DNA of 64,000 nucleotides from Candidatus Bathyarchaeota archaeon (GTDB taxonomy: Archaea > Thermoproteota > Bathyarchaeia > Bathyarchaeales > Bathycorpusculaceae), in contig OY970280.1 of NCBI GenBank assembly GCA_963715865.1, positions 1,632,001 to 1,696,000 on the forward strand, read 5' to 3'. The translations under genes and the position numbers were made by a program. The notes below the pieces were generated by a model. That model saw nothing but the letters and a program-made list of their open reading frames with translations, did no database searches and had not been told where the DNA came from. The number at the start of each line of letters is the position of its first letter. Positions within the stretch are counted from its first letter, which is position 1. Of the stretch, positions 20,380-30,305 are shown in pieces.

Positions 20380-21795
20380 CTACTCTCCAAGGATTCTCCT
20401 GAAGGCAGGGAACATCTCGGCTGCTCTCTCGCGCATTAGCAATTCATAGTACTGGTAAATTATACCCACCGATAACAAGATGCCTACGCCTGTACCGAAG
20501 GTGCCAAGGAAATCTGCAAGCCCAACCAAAAGCCCAACGATGATTCCGCCGAGAACCGTGACTACAGGAATGTAACGTTTAAGGATAGACTCAATTGGTC
20601 TTCCTGACCTCCGGTAACCAGGAATCTGCATGCCTGAATCCATAAGCTGCTGCGCAACTTTTGAGGGACCTAAACCGCCAACCTCAAGCCAAATCAGCGA
20701 GAAAACAGCGCAGAAAACCACAAGAATACCCAAAAAAGCAGCAGCCCTTAGCGGGTCAAGCGCAACTTGGTGAATGTTATTTGGCGCAGTAACAAGGTAA
20801 GCAAGACCACCTACAGGTGTTATACTGCCAGTTGTTACGTTTTGGCTAAAGTCGCCTATTATCTGGAAGAAAAGATTTGTTCCAGGAAGAGGGCGACCCT
20901 GAGTACCCCATAACAATTGCGAAAAGAAATAAACGTTTGCAAATAATGCTGACGCAAATATAACTGGAAGGTTAGAAACGTACAACAATTTAATTGGATA
21001 CCTGCTTCTGAAACCTTTGTACCCTGCATAACTCATTGGAAGCTCAATTCTAATTCCATTCAAATAAATAACCAACAAAAAGACTCCAATAGTAGCAAAA
21101 AACCCAAGCAAAGACGGATATATTCCAGAAATAGAACCAAACACCCAAGCCATCAATGTCTGCCCACCGCCCAAGTAAGCTGAAAGAGAACCAACAAACA
21201 AACCAGTAGTCGGCGAAAACGTATCCCAGACAACAGTCTGGGCAACACCAGCCATAATGAAAAGGCTGATTCCACTGCCTAGCCCCCAGCCCTTCTGAAC
21301 AAGTTCGTCCATTAACATAACAATTAGCCCAGCACCCAGAAGCTGCAAGAAAATAACCAGCGTTACCGGTCCAGAAAGCGCACCGTACATGCCGCTTATA
21401 ATATACGCTGCACCCTGAATACCAGTAAGAACAACAGTGAACACTTTACTTGCAGAAGTGAATAATCCTCTATCCTCAGCATTTGACATATCACATTCGA
21501 TAATTGATGAACCAGCAAGCAACTGCAAAATCAAACCAGCCGTAACAATAGGCCCAATGCCCAACTCCATCAATGTGCCACGGTTCGAAGCAAAAATAAC
21601 CCTTAATTGGCTAAACTGGTCTGATGCTGATGCTGCAACCCCGTAAAGTGGGATTTCAGTCATTACAAGGAAAATGACTAAAACAAGTCCGGTCCAGAAG
21701 ATTTTCTCGTTAAAGCTTACTTTTCGTTCGGGCTTTTTTATTTCTGGCAGAACTCTTCCTATGGGTTTGAAGAGGCTGAGGAATCTTCCGGCCAT
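20380..21795 (-). CDS. secY: Preprotein translocase SecY
   Basis: GTLMELGIGPIVTAG, GLGSGISLFI, YPIKLLYVSNLPVI, IPGYRRS. Confidence 0.98.
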   Translation of the reverse strand: MAGRFLSLFKPIGRVLPEIKKPERKVSFNEKIFWTGLVLVIFLVMTEIPLYGVAASASDQFSQLRVIFASNRGTLMELGIGPIVTAGLILQLLAGSSIIECDMSNAEDRGLFTSASKVFTVVLTGIQGAAYIISGMYGALSGPVTLVIFLQLLGAGLIVMLMDELVQKGWGLGSGISLFIMAGVAQTVVWDTFSPTTGLFVGSLSAYLGGGQTLMAWVFGSISGIYPSLLGFFATIGVFLLVIYLNGIRIELPMSYAGYKGFRSRYPIKLLYVSNLPVIFASALFANVYFFSQLLWGTQGRPLPGTNLFFQIIGDFSQNVTTGSITPVGGLAYLVTAPNNIHQVALDPLRAAAFLGILVVFCAVFSLIWLEVGGLGPSKVAQQLMDSGMQIPGYRRSGRPIESILKRYIPVVTVLGGIIVGLLVGLADFLGTFGTGVGILLSVGIIYQYYELLMRERAAEMFPAFRRILGE

Positions 21796-21804
21796 TTAGC
21801 AGTG

Positions 21805-22230
21805 TTACTCTCCATTGGCTTGGGAGTTTACGATTTCTCCGCCTGCTTTTTTGATTTTTTCAGCTGCCGATTTTGAGTATGAGGGCACTTGTATGGTTAG
21901 GGGTTTTGTGATTTTTCCTGTGCCTAAAAGTTTTGTGTAGCCTAACGCTGTTAGGTTGATTTGAGGTTTTTCCTGCTGGCTTGTTTGAGCTATTTCTTCT
22001 AGTTTCTTGAGGTTTATTGTGTTTTCATGGCGGTGAAGGCTTTGGGGTGAGGTGAAGCCATGTTTGCCAAAGTAGTCAGGTTCATGGGTTACGACGTAGC
22101 TCCATAAGTGTTTGTGTCGCCCAACTTTTCTATATCCCTTGGAGCCTGAGTCTCGGTGTTGACCTACTCTTCCATAGCCTTGTGTTCTTGAGCCCCTTGT
22201 TTTTCGTATTTTTCTTAGTTTATGCGGCAT
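21805..22230 (-). CDS. rpl15: Ribosomal protein uL15
   Basis: RGSRTQGYG, FGKHGF, KLLGTG motifs. Confidence 0.95.
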   Translation of the reverse strand: MPHKLRKIRKTRGSRTQGYGRVGQHRDSGSKGYRKVGRHKHLWSYVVTHEPDYFGKHGFTSPQSLHRHENTINLKKLEEIAQTSQQEKPQINLTALGYTKLLGTGKITKPLTIQVPSYSKSAAEKIKKAGGEIVNSQANGE

Positions 22231-22678
22231 TTTGGTCAGCTTCTTTATTAATTGCTGTTTCAGCTTTTTTAAGTTTGATTTCTAGCACACCGTTCTTGAA
22301 TTTGGTGTACATAACGTCTGGAATCACTACCTTCGGCAGATTTAAACTTTTATAGTATCTGCGATCTTTCGATTTTGCTGAGAGAGTGAGTTTTTGATCT
22401 TTCACATTTATTTTAAGAGTTTCCTTATTAAAGCCTGCGATTTCAGCCACGATTGTTATGTAGTTGTTTTCTTGGAATATGTCAATTAATGGTTTGGGTT
22501 CTTGGAAATTGCGCTTGGCAAAGCTTTTGGATGGACGAAAGCTTGAGGAGACGGATATTGATTTTACGCGGTAGGCGTGTTCTGGCTGGGTTATTCTTTG
22601 CTTTTTGCTTTTTATACCTGAGTTATTGAAGTCTAGCCATTTGCGATTTTTGTTAGTTCTTCTCCATTTTGCACTTAT
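22220..22678 (-). CDS. Hsp20/alpha-crystallin family protein, probable ATA start
   Basis: PLIDIF...AEIAGF...YYKSLNLP...FKNGVLEIKL; frame open to 22711; GGAGG 9 nt upstream of an ATA at 22678. Confidence 0.7.
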   Translation of the reverse strand: MSAKWRRTNKNRKWLDFNNSGIKSKKQRITQPEHAYRVKSISVSSSFRPSKSFAKRNFQEPKPLIDIFQENNYITIVAEIAGFNKETLKINVKDQKLTLSAKSKDRRYYKSLNLPKVVIPDVMYTKFKNGVLEIKLKKAETAINKEADQNAA

Positions 22679-23096
22679 GTCTTTCCCCCTCCAATTAACT
22701 AACGAATTTCTTCATCGTAACTATAAAACGTATCGCACATAAACAGTGAGAAAACACGCGTTAACTCTGGAACAGTTTGCCTGAGAAAATGGTGATTGCT
22801 GCTTATTTTGCGGTGAGGAACTCGATTGCCTGAAGCACCTTATAGCCCCCAATAATTTATACATACTTAAATTAAGAAAGACTAATTAGATTCATTCACA
22901 GCCAATCGCTTAAAGTAATCCGAAGCATTTAGGCGCTAGCTATGCTACAAAGAAAAAATATACCGAATTATTAGGTCAAAATGTGCAAAAAACTGTGGAA
23001 GCCAAAGAATGTGTTGTTGAATCTGCAACGTTTTCTAGAAACTGAAAAATAAGCAAACACTCTTTTGAACCAGAACTAAAAGGTTTGTAGAAGATT

Positions 23097-23645
23097 TTAT
23101 TTTTGCCTTTTTATATATGCATCAGCAAGCTTCTCAAAAGTTGCTCTCATTTTCTTCATTTCTTCGGAAATTGACCCGTATTTCTCTTTCATAGTTCCAA
23201 AGTTACTGCTTGTTTCTTTTCTAAACATTGAAAACTCGTCTTTTAGTAAGCCAAACTCGTCACGGGATGAAGCAACATAAATCGTTCCGTTTTCCAAGTT
23301 TTCAAGAAGTGCACGGTCCACAGGCGACTGAACCTCAAACCCATAATCAATTTGGAAATCACTGTATTCTTTCCAAGGTCCAAGATAGCCTTTCTCGCCT
23401 TCCGTGTAAAAGCTTAAGTTTTCAACAAAAACACTCAACGCATCATCCTTTTTACCCTTGTAATCCATCTTTTGCAAGAGCTTGTTAATCTTAGTCAGGT
23501 CACCTTCACAGAAAACCTCGACTTTTCCATCAGGCAAATTCCTCACAAGCCCCTTTAACCCAAGCTGACTAGCAACACGCTTAACAAAAGCACGGTACCC
23601 AACGCTTTGAATCCAGCCTTCAGCAATAATTGTAGCTTTAGCCAT
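23097..23645 (-). CDS. Acylphosphatase-domain protein with C-terminal coiled coil
   Basis: GWIQSVGYR, GLVRNLPDGKVEVFCEG. Confidence 0.8.
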   Translation of the reverse strand: MAKATIIAEGWIQSVGYRAFVKRVASQLGLKGLVRNLPDGKVEVFCEGDLTKINKLLQKMDYKGKKDDALSVFVENLSFYTEGEKGYLGPWKEYSDFQIDYGFEVQSPVDRALLENLENGTIYVASSRDEFGLLKDEFSMFRKETSSNFGTMKEKYGSISEEMKKMRATFEKLADAYIKRQK

Positions 23646-23769
23646 TAAAGGAAACCTCAGTTGACTCCCAATTCTTCTCTATGCTTAGCCGCTCCTTCTA
23701 GAGGGCTCTATGCTTTTAAGATTTATCGAAAATAAAACAAAATGAAGAAATTGCCAAGTTAAACGCACA

Positions 23770-24258
23770 TTAGATCATGCGTTTTACTAGGTCGTTTATT
23801 GCTTCACCGCGGTAGCCTGCTTCGCCGCCTGCCTTAAAGCCCTTCTTGGTTTTGCCCTTATAGCCTTTACTTGGCGGATGCAACTTAAAACGAGGCTGCA
23901 TGTCGGGCAGTTTCTGGAATTCTACTTTGCAGTTTACTATGGCTTCTGCAAGGTCATCAATGGATTTGTAGCCTGCTTTCTTGATGTACTCATCTGTTAG
24001 CTTCTTGTCGCCTGCTAACCTTGCGCGTTTATGCAGCATCATGGCAACGATTTCTTTTGAGGGCTCGCCCCAAGTGACATAACTGTTTACGCGTTGCAGC
24101 ATTCCTTTGTAGGCTGGTCTGCTATCGATGAGCACTGCATGGTTAGTATGTGCTAAATGCAAGAAGTCAAGGGTTTCTCGTGTTTCACGCTGAGCACTAA
24201 TAGTTCCACGAATCTTAACCACGACAAGGCACTTGCATATTTCAGTTTTCTGCGCCAA
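23770..24258 (-). CDS. rpl30: Ribosomal protein uL30
   Basis: KIRGTI, YVTWGEP, FKLHPP, GYRGEAINDL. Confidence 0.96.
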   Translation of the reverse strand: MAQKTEICKCLVVVKIRGTISAQRETRETLDFLHLAHTNHAVLIDSRPAYKGMLQRVNSYVTWGEPSKEIVAMMLHKRARLAGDKKLTDEYIKKAGYKSIDDLAEAIVNCKVEFQKLPDMQPRFKLHPPSKGYKGKTKKGFKAGGEAGYRGEAINDLVKRMI

Positions 24259-24259
24259 T

Positions 24260-24904
24260 CTACTTCACCCAGTCCACCGTAGTAATCAAATTATAAGTCT
24301 TCCGTAAACCATCAAAAATTGCGTATGCATAAGACGGCACCGTACGTGTTGAACCATAACTTCTCATCCACAAGTCCTTCACGCCAGCTAAGCCTAAGAT
24401 GACTTTGGCTACTTCACTTGAAACTAAGCCTAAGCCTCTGGGTCCCGGAACAATAACCACTCGGACACCGCCGCATTTTCCTTCAACTTGGAATGGAACT
24501 GAATGAGGTTTACCGCAACCGCACTCCCAACTTCCGCATCCGCGTTTTACTGGAATAATGTTTAAGCGGGCATTCACAGCAGCCTTCTCAATGGCGTTTC
24601 GCACTTGGCTGGCTTTTCCTGAGCCTAAGCCGATGTAGCCGTCTCTGTTTCCAACGGCGACTATGGCTTTGAAACGGGATTTTTCGCCAGCGTCAGTTTG
24701 CTTCTGCACTAGGTTAACGTTTATGACTTCTTCTTGAAGATCAGGAATTAATGAGTCCACGATTTGGGGTTCAGAAATTTTTATGCCACTGAGGAAGACA
24801 TCTTCAATAGTGGTAATTTTGCCTTCTTGAATCATTTTGCCCAAACGAGTTTTTGGAACCCATTCTTCTAAGTTAGTTCGTCTTTCACTGTGCATTTTAC
24901 TCAT
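24260..24904 (-). CDS. rps5: Ribosomal protein uS5
   Basis: WVPKTRLG, VQKQTDAGE, GCGSWECGCG. Confidence 0.97.
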   Translation of the reverse strand: MSKMHSERRTNLEEWVPKTRLGKMIQEGKITTIEDVFLSGIKISEPQIVDSLIPDLQEEVINVNLVQKQTDAGEKSRFKAIVAVGNRDGYIGLGSGKASQVRNAIEKAAVNARLNIIPVKRGCGSWECGCGKPHSVPFQVEGKCGGVRVVIVPGPRGLGLVSSEVAKVILGLAGVKDLWMRSYGSTRTVPSYAYAIFDGLRKTYNLITTVDWVK

Positions 24905-25506
24905 GCTTTCTTTTCACCTTTCTTAAATGAACCGGTAATTTCAGCCTTAACCTTGTTGAAGTGCTCAGGTATTTTTTCAGGCGCAACACCTTGTGCTGTG
25001 TACTTGGAGAATTTGGCAGAGTACTCTTCAGAACCGGCGCCTAAGCTTTTAGCGTACTTGGCGATATGTTCACCTTTATTGCGTTCCTTAACAATCTTCT
25101 CTTCACTGTGAGGAACATCTACACCAGCATCCAAAACCCCGCTCAATGCAGCGAAAACCTTGGAGCCCTTTGTGGGAGAAACCAAGCCAATATCTAAGAT
25201 GGCTTCTTCAACGTCTTTAGCTTTCGCCTTTAAACCGCAAAGCAAACCCGTAAGGTAAGCTGCTGGGACATTGCCAGTTGGAGCCTTCCAACCGTAATTC
25301 TTGACTAGTTCGCGGCTGTTCGCTGCAGCTAAAACCTCATCACCATGCGGCTTAGCAACGATTATTTGTACTGTAACATTCTTTAATGAAGCTCGAGTAA
25401 CAAGCCGAGGCTTTCCAGAAATAACCAGAGCCTTCCGCGCTTGATAATCAGTTTTTCCCTCGCGTCTGCGTCTTAATTGTACGCGGTAATTGCCGTTTTT
25501 TGCCAT
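24901..25506 (-). CDS. rpl18: Ribosomal protein uL18
   Basis: RRRREGKTDY, AAYLTGLL, LDIGL. Confidence 0.97.
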   Translation of the reverse strand: MAKNGNYRVQLRRRREGKTDYQARKALVISGKPRLVTRASLKNVTVQIIVAKPHGDEVLAAANSRELVKNYGWKAPTGNVPAAYLTGLLCGLKAKAKDVEEAILDIGLVSPTKGSKVFAALSGVLDAGVDVPHSEEKIVKERNKGEHIAKYAKSLGAGSEEYSAKFSKYTAQGVAPEKIPEHFNKVKAEITGSFKKGEKKA

Positions 25507-25507
25507 C

Positions 25508-25963
25508 TTAACGTTTCCTCCATAAATCGTTAGCTTTCAAATTACGTTCCAGTTCAGCAATAGATTCGAACCTGCCGCTACCAGCCATCCTGTAATACTG
25601 ACTGTATGTAGCTTCAGTTATGATTCTGCTTGCCTTCAACTCACGAAGCTTGCGTCTTAGAGAGCGGATCTTTATCATCCAAGCCTCTTTCTGAGTAACC
25701 TTCGCGTAACCAGCACCAGTAATGCTGCCGGGACCACTGCGCCTGCCCTTACGCTTTTTCTCTCGGATAATTTTTGCTCTGGACCTGCTTACGCCTTTCT
25801 CAGGCAAAGTAACGATGACTTTCTCGTGAATTAGCTTTCTGATTTCTTCACGTGTAATTGCGCCTTCAACATCATCCATGCGTTCAGGATCAATCCACAC
25901 GCGGTTTTGCCCAATCTTTAAGATTTGAGACGCTAAACGTCTTTGGCTGCTTAAGTCTGTCAT
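25508..25963 (-). CDS. rpl19e: Ribosomal protein eL19
   Basis: QRRLAS...RVWIDP, ITREEIR, KGRRSGPGS. Confidence 0.97.
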   Translation of the reverse strand: MTDLSSQRRLASQILKIGQNRVWIDPERMDDVEGAITREEIRKLIHEKVIVTLPEKGVSRSRAKIIREKKRKGRRSGPGSITGAGYAKVTQKEAWMIKIRSLRRKLRELKASRIITEATYSQYYRMAGSGRFESIAELERNLKANDLWRKR

Positions 25964-26532
25964 TGTTTTTCTTCTTCCTTCTTGGGTTTAGGTTTGGTTT
26001 TCTTTGGTGCCTTTTCTTTCTTAGGCTTCTCTTCTTTCTTGACCTCTTTCTCTTCCTCTTCCGCTTCTTCCGCCTGCTCCTTCTCCTCGCCTTCAGCTGC
26101 TTCCTCTTCTTTCTCTTCGGTTTCTGCTGAAACTTTGACGTTTAAGATTTTAATGTTAAGTTTCTTGGCTTCGGCAATAATTAAGGCACGCTTTCTTTTG
26201 CCGACTGTGTGTGCGATGCGTATGGCTTGAGTATTAGGGTCAATAGTGGATAGGCCCTGTGCATTGTAAACTATAACTTCCCTGTATCCCGACGGATGTA
26301 AGCCTCTGGCGATTTTTGGTCCCTTATAGCCAACGCTTACTCCAGGCGGCCAACCCTTAATTTTTCGCCTAATCTTATTATCTAAACCTCTGGGTCTTCG
26401 CCAACTTAAGCTGAATCTTGAATATCGCCAGCTTTCTGGTCTTATGAATTCTGGTTTCTTGTTTTTAGCTCGTGCTCTAGCTTTGAGGGCTTTTCGTGAT
26501 GGTGATGGCTTCTTCTCGGTCTTTTCGGTCAT
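25960..26532 (-). CDS. rpl32e: Ribosomal protein eL32 with E/K-rich tail
   Basis: WRRPRGLDNK, GYKGPK, GLHPSG. Confidence 0.96.
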   Translation of the reverse strand: MTEKTEKKPSPSRKALKARARAKNKKPEFIRPESWRYSRFSLSWRRPRGLDNKIRRKIKGWPPGVSVGYKGPKIARGLHPSGYREVIVYNAQGLSTIDPNTQAIRIAHTVGKRKRALIIAEAKKLNIKILNVKVSAETEEKEEEAAEGEEKEQAEEAEEEEKEVKKEEKPKKEKAPKKTKPKPKKEEEKQ

Positions 26533-27078
26533 TTAGGCAACTCCCTCGTTTTTTTCATACACGTATATGCCGTCAAGGAAAACTCTCGGGTCTTTTCTTC
26601 TTATTCTTGTAGCTTGCTCAATGTTGGCGGCGGTTTGGCTTACATCTTCCAAGTTTACGCCTTCAACAATGATATCTTCGGGTTCAATTTTCACTTTGAC
26701 GTCGCCGATTATTTTTACTCTGCGTGCTCTTCGTTCACCAGTAAAGTTTTCAATCAAAACAGATTTGTCTTGAAGCTTCACTGAGATTGGGAAGTGTGAG
26801 AACACGATTTTAAGCTTGTACGAGTAGCCTTTTGTTACTCCAGTAATCATGTTTTGAATGTGCGAGTATATTGTTCCTACAAGAGCGGCTTCCTTTTTAC
26901 GTGGCCACTTTGCCCAAACGCGAATATTTTTGCCTTCGCCTTCTATTGCGATTGGAGCAAAGGAAAAGTCACGTGTTAAGGATCCTTTGGCGCCTTTGAC
27001 GTTGACTTTTTTGCCTTCTAGGCTGACGTCTACGTTATCAGGAACTTGAATGGTTTTAGATATTTCTGGGAGCCGCAT
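26533..27078 (-). CDS. rpl6: Ribosomal protein uL6
   Basis: HIQNMITGVTKG, SHFPI, NFTGE, DPRVFLDGIY. Confidence 0.97.
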   Translation of the reverse strand: MRLPEISKTIQVPDNVDVSLEGKKVNVKGAKGSLTRDFSFAPIAIEGEGKNIRVWAKWPRKKEAALVGTIYSHIQNMITGVTKGYSYKLKIVFSHFPISVKLQDKSVLIENFTGERRARRVKIIGDVKVKIEPEDIIVEGVNLEDVSQTAANIEQATRIRRKDPRVFLDGIYVYEKNEGVA

Positions 27079-27089
27079 AAATTACACCT

Positions 27090-27473
27090 CTAATACACGA
27101 AGGCTAACAGCCTTCCTCCAATATTCTTTTCTTCAGCATTCTTATGGGCTATAACGCCTTTTGAAGTGGAAACAACCATTATTCCTATGTCTCTGGATGG
27201 CAAGAACTTCTTTTCCCAATCTTCAAACTCGCCGACTTTAACTGGGAAGCGTGGTTTAATTGGTCCACACTTGTTTATTCTGCCTAACAGTTGAACTTTG
27301 AATTTTCCAGAGCGCCCATCATCGATAAACTCGAATTCGCCTATGTAACCATTCAACTGCATTATGCGTAGGACTCGCCCCAAAAGTTTAGAGGCAGGGC
27401 TAATGATGCATTCGCGCTTGTTTCGCATTTCGTTGTTTATGATGGTTATCAAACCATTGGTTAAAGTATCCAT
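27090..27473 (-). CDS. rps8: Ribosomal protein uS8
   Basis: [32 protein letters not shown]. Confidence 0.97.
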   Translation of the reverse strand: MDTLTNGLITIINNEMRNKRECIISPASKLLGRVLRIMQLNGYIGEFEFIDDGRSGKFKVQLLGRINKCGPIKPRFPVKVGEFEDWEKKFLPSRDIGIMVVSTSKGVIAHKNAEEKNIGGRLLAFVY

Positions 27474-27487
27474 ATTCTTTTTAGCTC

Positions 27488-27652
27488 CTACTCATATTTT
27501 TTGAACCCAAGTTTTGGGGCAGCCTCTCTAAAACAGTGCCTACATAAATATAAATTGTAACGTCGAATAACTGGCCCATAAGATCCACATCTGACACATG
27601 GCCGAGAACCTTTGCCGTATTTTCGTACTTTCTTTATTTGCTGTTTTCCCAT
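27488..27652 (-). CDS. rps14: Ribosomal protein uS14 (54 aa, missing from ORF track)
   Basis: Manual translation [23 protein letters not shown]...[19 protein letters not shown]; expected operon position. Confidence 0.96.
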   Translation of the reverse strand: MGKQQIKKVRKYGKGSRPCVRCGSYGPVIRRYNLYLCRHCFREAAPKLGFKKYE

Positions 27653-27668
27653 ACATTCATCCTCAGTT

Positions 27669-28211
27669 TTAAACGATTTCGACTCCTAACGTTTGTCTGA
27701 CGAAAACTATTGATTCTTCAGGCGTTAACATGTGCTTAGCACCAACGGGCCTTTTCTCTCTTCTTCGAATTTTCACTCGTTGCCCAGGACGATTAACAGA
27801 GACACACACATCCATTCCGAAGATGCCGATTTCAGGGTCGTATTTTACGCCTTTAATCTCAATGTGTTCTTTAAGGCCGAAAGCAAAGTTACCACGTAAA
27901 TCAAAGGAAGACTTTGAAATCTTGTTATCAACAACAGGTAACACTTTCTTAAGGAAATCAATCGCCTTTTGCTTTCGCAATGTTACGACAACCGCGATAG
28001 ATTCTCCTTCTCGTATGCCAAAGTCTCGGATAGTTTTTTTGGCTTTTCTCTTTACAGGCGTCTGATTCGTTATTTCTTTGAGTACTTTGTTGGCTTTTTC
28101 GAGTGGTTCGCCTGATTTCCCAACGTTAAGGTTTACCACTACTTTTTCGATTCGGGGCTTAAGCATTGGATGCTCTTCCCATTTCTTGACTAAAGCTTCT
28201 TCCTCAGACAA
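27669..28211 (-). CDS. rpl5: Ribosomal protein uL5
   Basis: [31 protein letters not shown]. Confidence 0.97.
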   Translation of the reverse strand: MSEEEALVKKWEEHPMLKPRIEKVVVNLNVGKSGEPLEKANKVLKEITNQTPVKRKAKKTIRDFGIREGESIAVVVTLRKQKAIDFLKKVLPVVDNKISKSSFDLRGNFAFGLKEHIEIKGVKYDPEIGIFGMDVCVSVNRPGQRVKIRRREKRPVGAKHMLTPEESIVFVRQTLGVEIV

Positions 28212-28968
28212 CTGCAGATGCCTCCGGTAAACCTATGAGCGGTTCAGCTTCACCTATGGAAAAGACAAAGTCTAAGATTGTTTGATAACGAACGCCTTGC
28301 GCGTCTTCGACGACTACTAGGGCTTGCCGTCGTTTTTTCGCCTCAGTCTTTTCTATTTCGACTATTTTGCCTTGTTTGCCGATGTTTTTTCCGCCAGTGA
28401 GTACTGCCAAATTTCCTTCCTTGGTTTTCAAGCTAAGAGCTACTTGTTTTTCTGGATAAGTTATTTTTAGAACGTCAAATGTGTCATAAGTGACTTCTTT
28501 TGGATTTTTCGGGTCCGCGACTTTCATGAGCATGTTTGAGCCGTCATGGAGAGCAATTTGTATGCCGTTTTTAACGGTGGTTTTATCTTCAACGCGGACT
28601 AGCTTGAAGTTTGCTTCTTCCTTGCTTATTGGATTTAAAAATAGCCCTTTGTGGGAGGGCATTACACGGTAATGCTTGTTCATGTCAGGAATGGAGATAA
28701 CATCCATCAAGCCAACAGGAAAATCATCTTTTCGCCTGACTTTCCCGTCAACTTGCACTTTGCCTTGAGCAAGTATCATTTTGGCTTCTTTCCTTGTTTG
28801 TGCAACGCCGAGAATGTCTCGAAGAACGAGAGTTAATGGCAGACAGTTCTGGAGCGAGTGTGAACCAGATGAGGGCTTCACTATCCAAGGTAACTCTTTT
28901 CTGTGAATTGGCCAGAACCTTGGAGCTGGCTTACGTTTCAGTCTTGCTGTTTTTCCTTTTTTACCCAA
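28204..28968 (-). CDS. rps4e: Ribosomal protein eS4
   Basis: LKRKPAPRFWPI, VQVDGKVR, FPVGLMDVI. Confidence 0.97.
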   Translation of the reverse strand: MGKKGKTARLKRKPAPRFWPIHRKELPWIVKPSSGSHSLQNCLPLTLVLRDILGVAQTRKEAKMILAQGKVQVDGKVRRKDDFPVGLMDVISIPDMNKHYRVMPSHKGLFLNPISKEEANFKLVRVEDKTTVKNGIQIALHDGSNMLMKVADPKNPKEVTYDTFDVLKITYPEKQVALSLKTKEGNLAVLTGGKNIGKQGKIVEIEKTEAKKRRQALVVVEDAQGVRYQTILDFVFSIGEAEPLIGLPEASAVV

Positions 28969-28970
28969 AA

Positions 28971-29855
28971 TTATTTTCCTCCTTCAGTTTGTTCAGAGGT
29001 TTTACGTTTAGCACGCGGTTTAGGCGCCGTTTTTTTGGCTGCCGTTTCTTTTGCTGGCGCCTTTTTTGATGAGGTTGCTTTCTTTGCTGCTGTCCTTGGT
29101 TTCGCTGCTTTTTTAGCAGGCGTCTTTTCTTCTACTGCTGGTACTTCTGCCTTGGCAGGTTTCTTTTTCTGTGGGGCTGCTTCTTTTTTAGCGGCAGGTT
29201 TCTTGGCTGCAGGTTTCTTGGCTGCAGGTTTCTTGGCTGCAGGCTTCTTTGCTGCTGCTTTCTTTGCTGCTGGAGCTTTTTCAGGTGCCTTCTCCACTAT
29301 TTTTTCAGGAACTTTTTCTGGTGGTACTTGCTCTTTTGCAACTTCAGATACTGCTTCTTGAACTGGCGGTGCTTCTACGGGTTTTTCCTCTTTTATTTCT
29401 TCAACCTTAGCTTTCGGCTTTTCTGGAGCTTTTTCAGCTTTCTTTGCCGGTTTTGCTTTTTCTTCTTTCTCAGGTTTTTCTATTTCCTTCTTCCTTTCAA
29501 GGATTTCTTTTCGCCATTTATCGTCAAGGTTGAGGTTTCTTATCATGACTTTGGATGGGTGTATTGGAAGGAAAATGTTTGTTCCATCGACTTTCTCGCG
29601 TGTTAATCCTTCAATGTAAATTCGGTACTCTTTTAGAGAAATGCGTGAAACTTTGCCTTCAAAGCCCTTGTGATCTCCACGTTGAATGCGAACTGTGTCG
29701 CCTTTTCTTACTGGAAGAGTTTTTACGCCTCTTGAAGCAGCAAGCTCGTTTGATAGGGGAGCTGCCATAAGCTTGTGGCGCACGTGAGCAGGAGCGTTAA
29801 AAAGCTTTTTTCGCTGTTTACGTGGATTTTTTACTCGTTTGGTCTTTTGCATCAT
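28971..29855 (-). CDS. rpl24: Ribosomal protein uL24 with ~170-aa K/A/P/E-rich tail
   Basis: PRKQRK, LPVRKGDTV, IHPSKVMI; start moved to ATG 29855. Confidence 0.95.
   Translation of the reverse strand: MMQKTKRVKNPRKQRKKLFNAPAHVRHKLMAAPLSNELAASRGVKTLPVRKGDTVRIQRGDHKGFEGKVSRISLKEYRIYIEGLTREKVDGTNIFLPIHPSKVMIRNLNLDDKWRKEILERKKEIEKPEKEEKAKPAKKAEKAPEKPKAKVEEIKEEKPVEAPPVQEAVSEVAKEQVPPEKVPEKIVEKAPEKAPAAKKAAAKKPAAKKPAAKKPAAKKPAAKKEAAPQKKKPAKAEVPAVEEKTPAKKAAKPRTAAKKATSSKKAPAKETAAKKTAPKPRAKRKTSEQTEGGK
29194..29270 (-). repeat. 15-bp tandem repeat encoding KKPAA in the uL24 tail
   Basis: gcaggtttcttggct repeated, giving KKAAAKKPAAKKPAAKKPAAKKPAAKKE. Confidence 0.9.
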
Positions 29856-29863
29856 CTTTGCAC

Positions 29864-30304
29864 CTACACGATTATGCTTGAGGCACTTGCAATTCTTGGC
29901 CATCTTTCGGCTGCCTCTCTAGCTACTGGACCTCTTATTTCTGAACCTTTCATTTCACCATCAGGAGTAATGATTACTGCCGCGTTATCTTCAAACTGAA
30001 CCCAAACACCGTCAACACGTCTGAAAGTTTTTCTTTGACGAACTATTACTGCTTGGAAAATCTTTTTCCTCATGTCAGGCGACCCTTGCCTGACAGAAAC
30101 AGTTACTTTATCGCCTACAGTGGCAGATGGGTAACGTCGCAGTCGACCTTTATAGCCCATGGCTTGAATCAAGCGTAATACTCGTGCACCTGTGTTATCG
30201 GCGCATCTTAATTCTGAACCTGATAAAAGACCACGGCTAATTTTTTGTCCGTGTGAAAGCATTCCTTTTGCAACAAGTGCTCTCTGTTTTGCCTTCGCCG
30301 CCAT
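29864..30304 (-). CDS. rpl14: Ribosomal protein uL14
   Basis: CADNTGA, FEDNAAVI, IRGPVAREAAERWP. Confidence 0.97.
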   Translation of the reverse strand: MAAKAKQRALVAKGMLSHGQKISRGLLSGSELRCADNTGARVLRLIQAMGYKGRLRRYPSATVGDKVTVSVRQGSPDMRKKIFQAVIVRQRKTFRRVDGVWVQFEDNAAVIITPDGEMKGSEIRGPVAREAAERWPRIASASSIIV

Positions 30305-30305
30305 T

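Noticed and set aside
28903-29361. ORF with AAGFL repeats
   Set aside because: Antisense shadow of the uL24 KKPAA tail.
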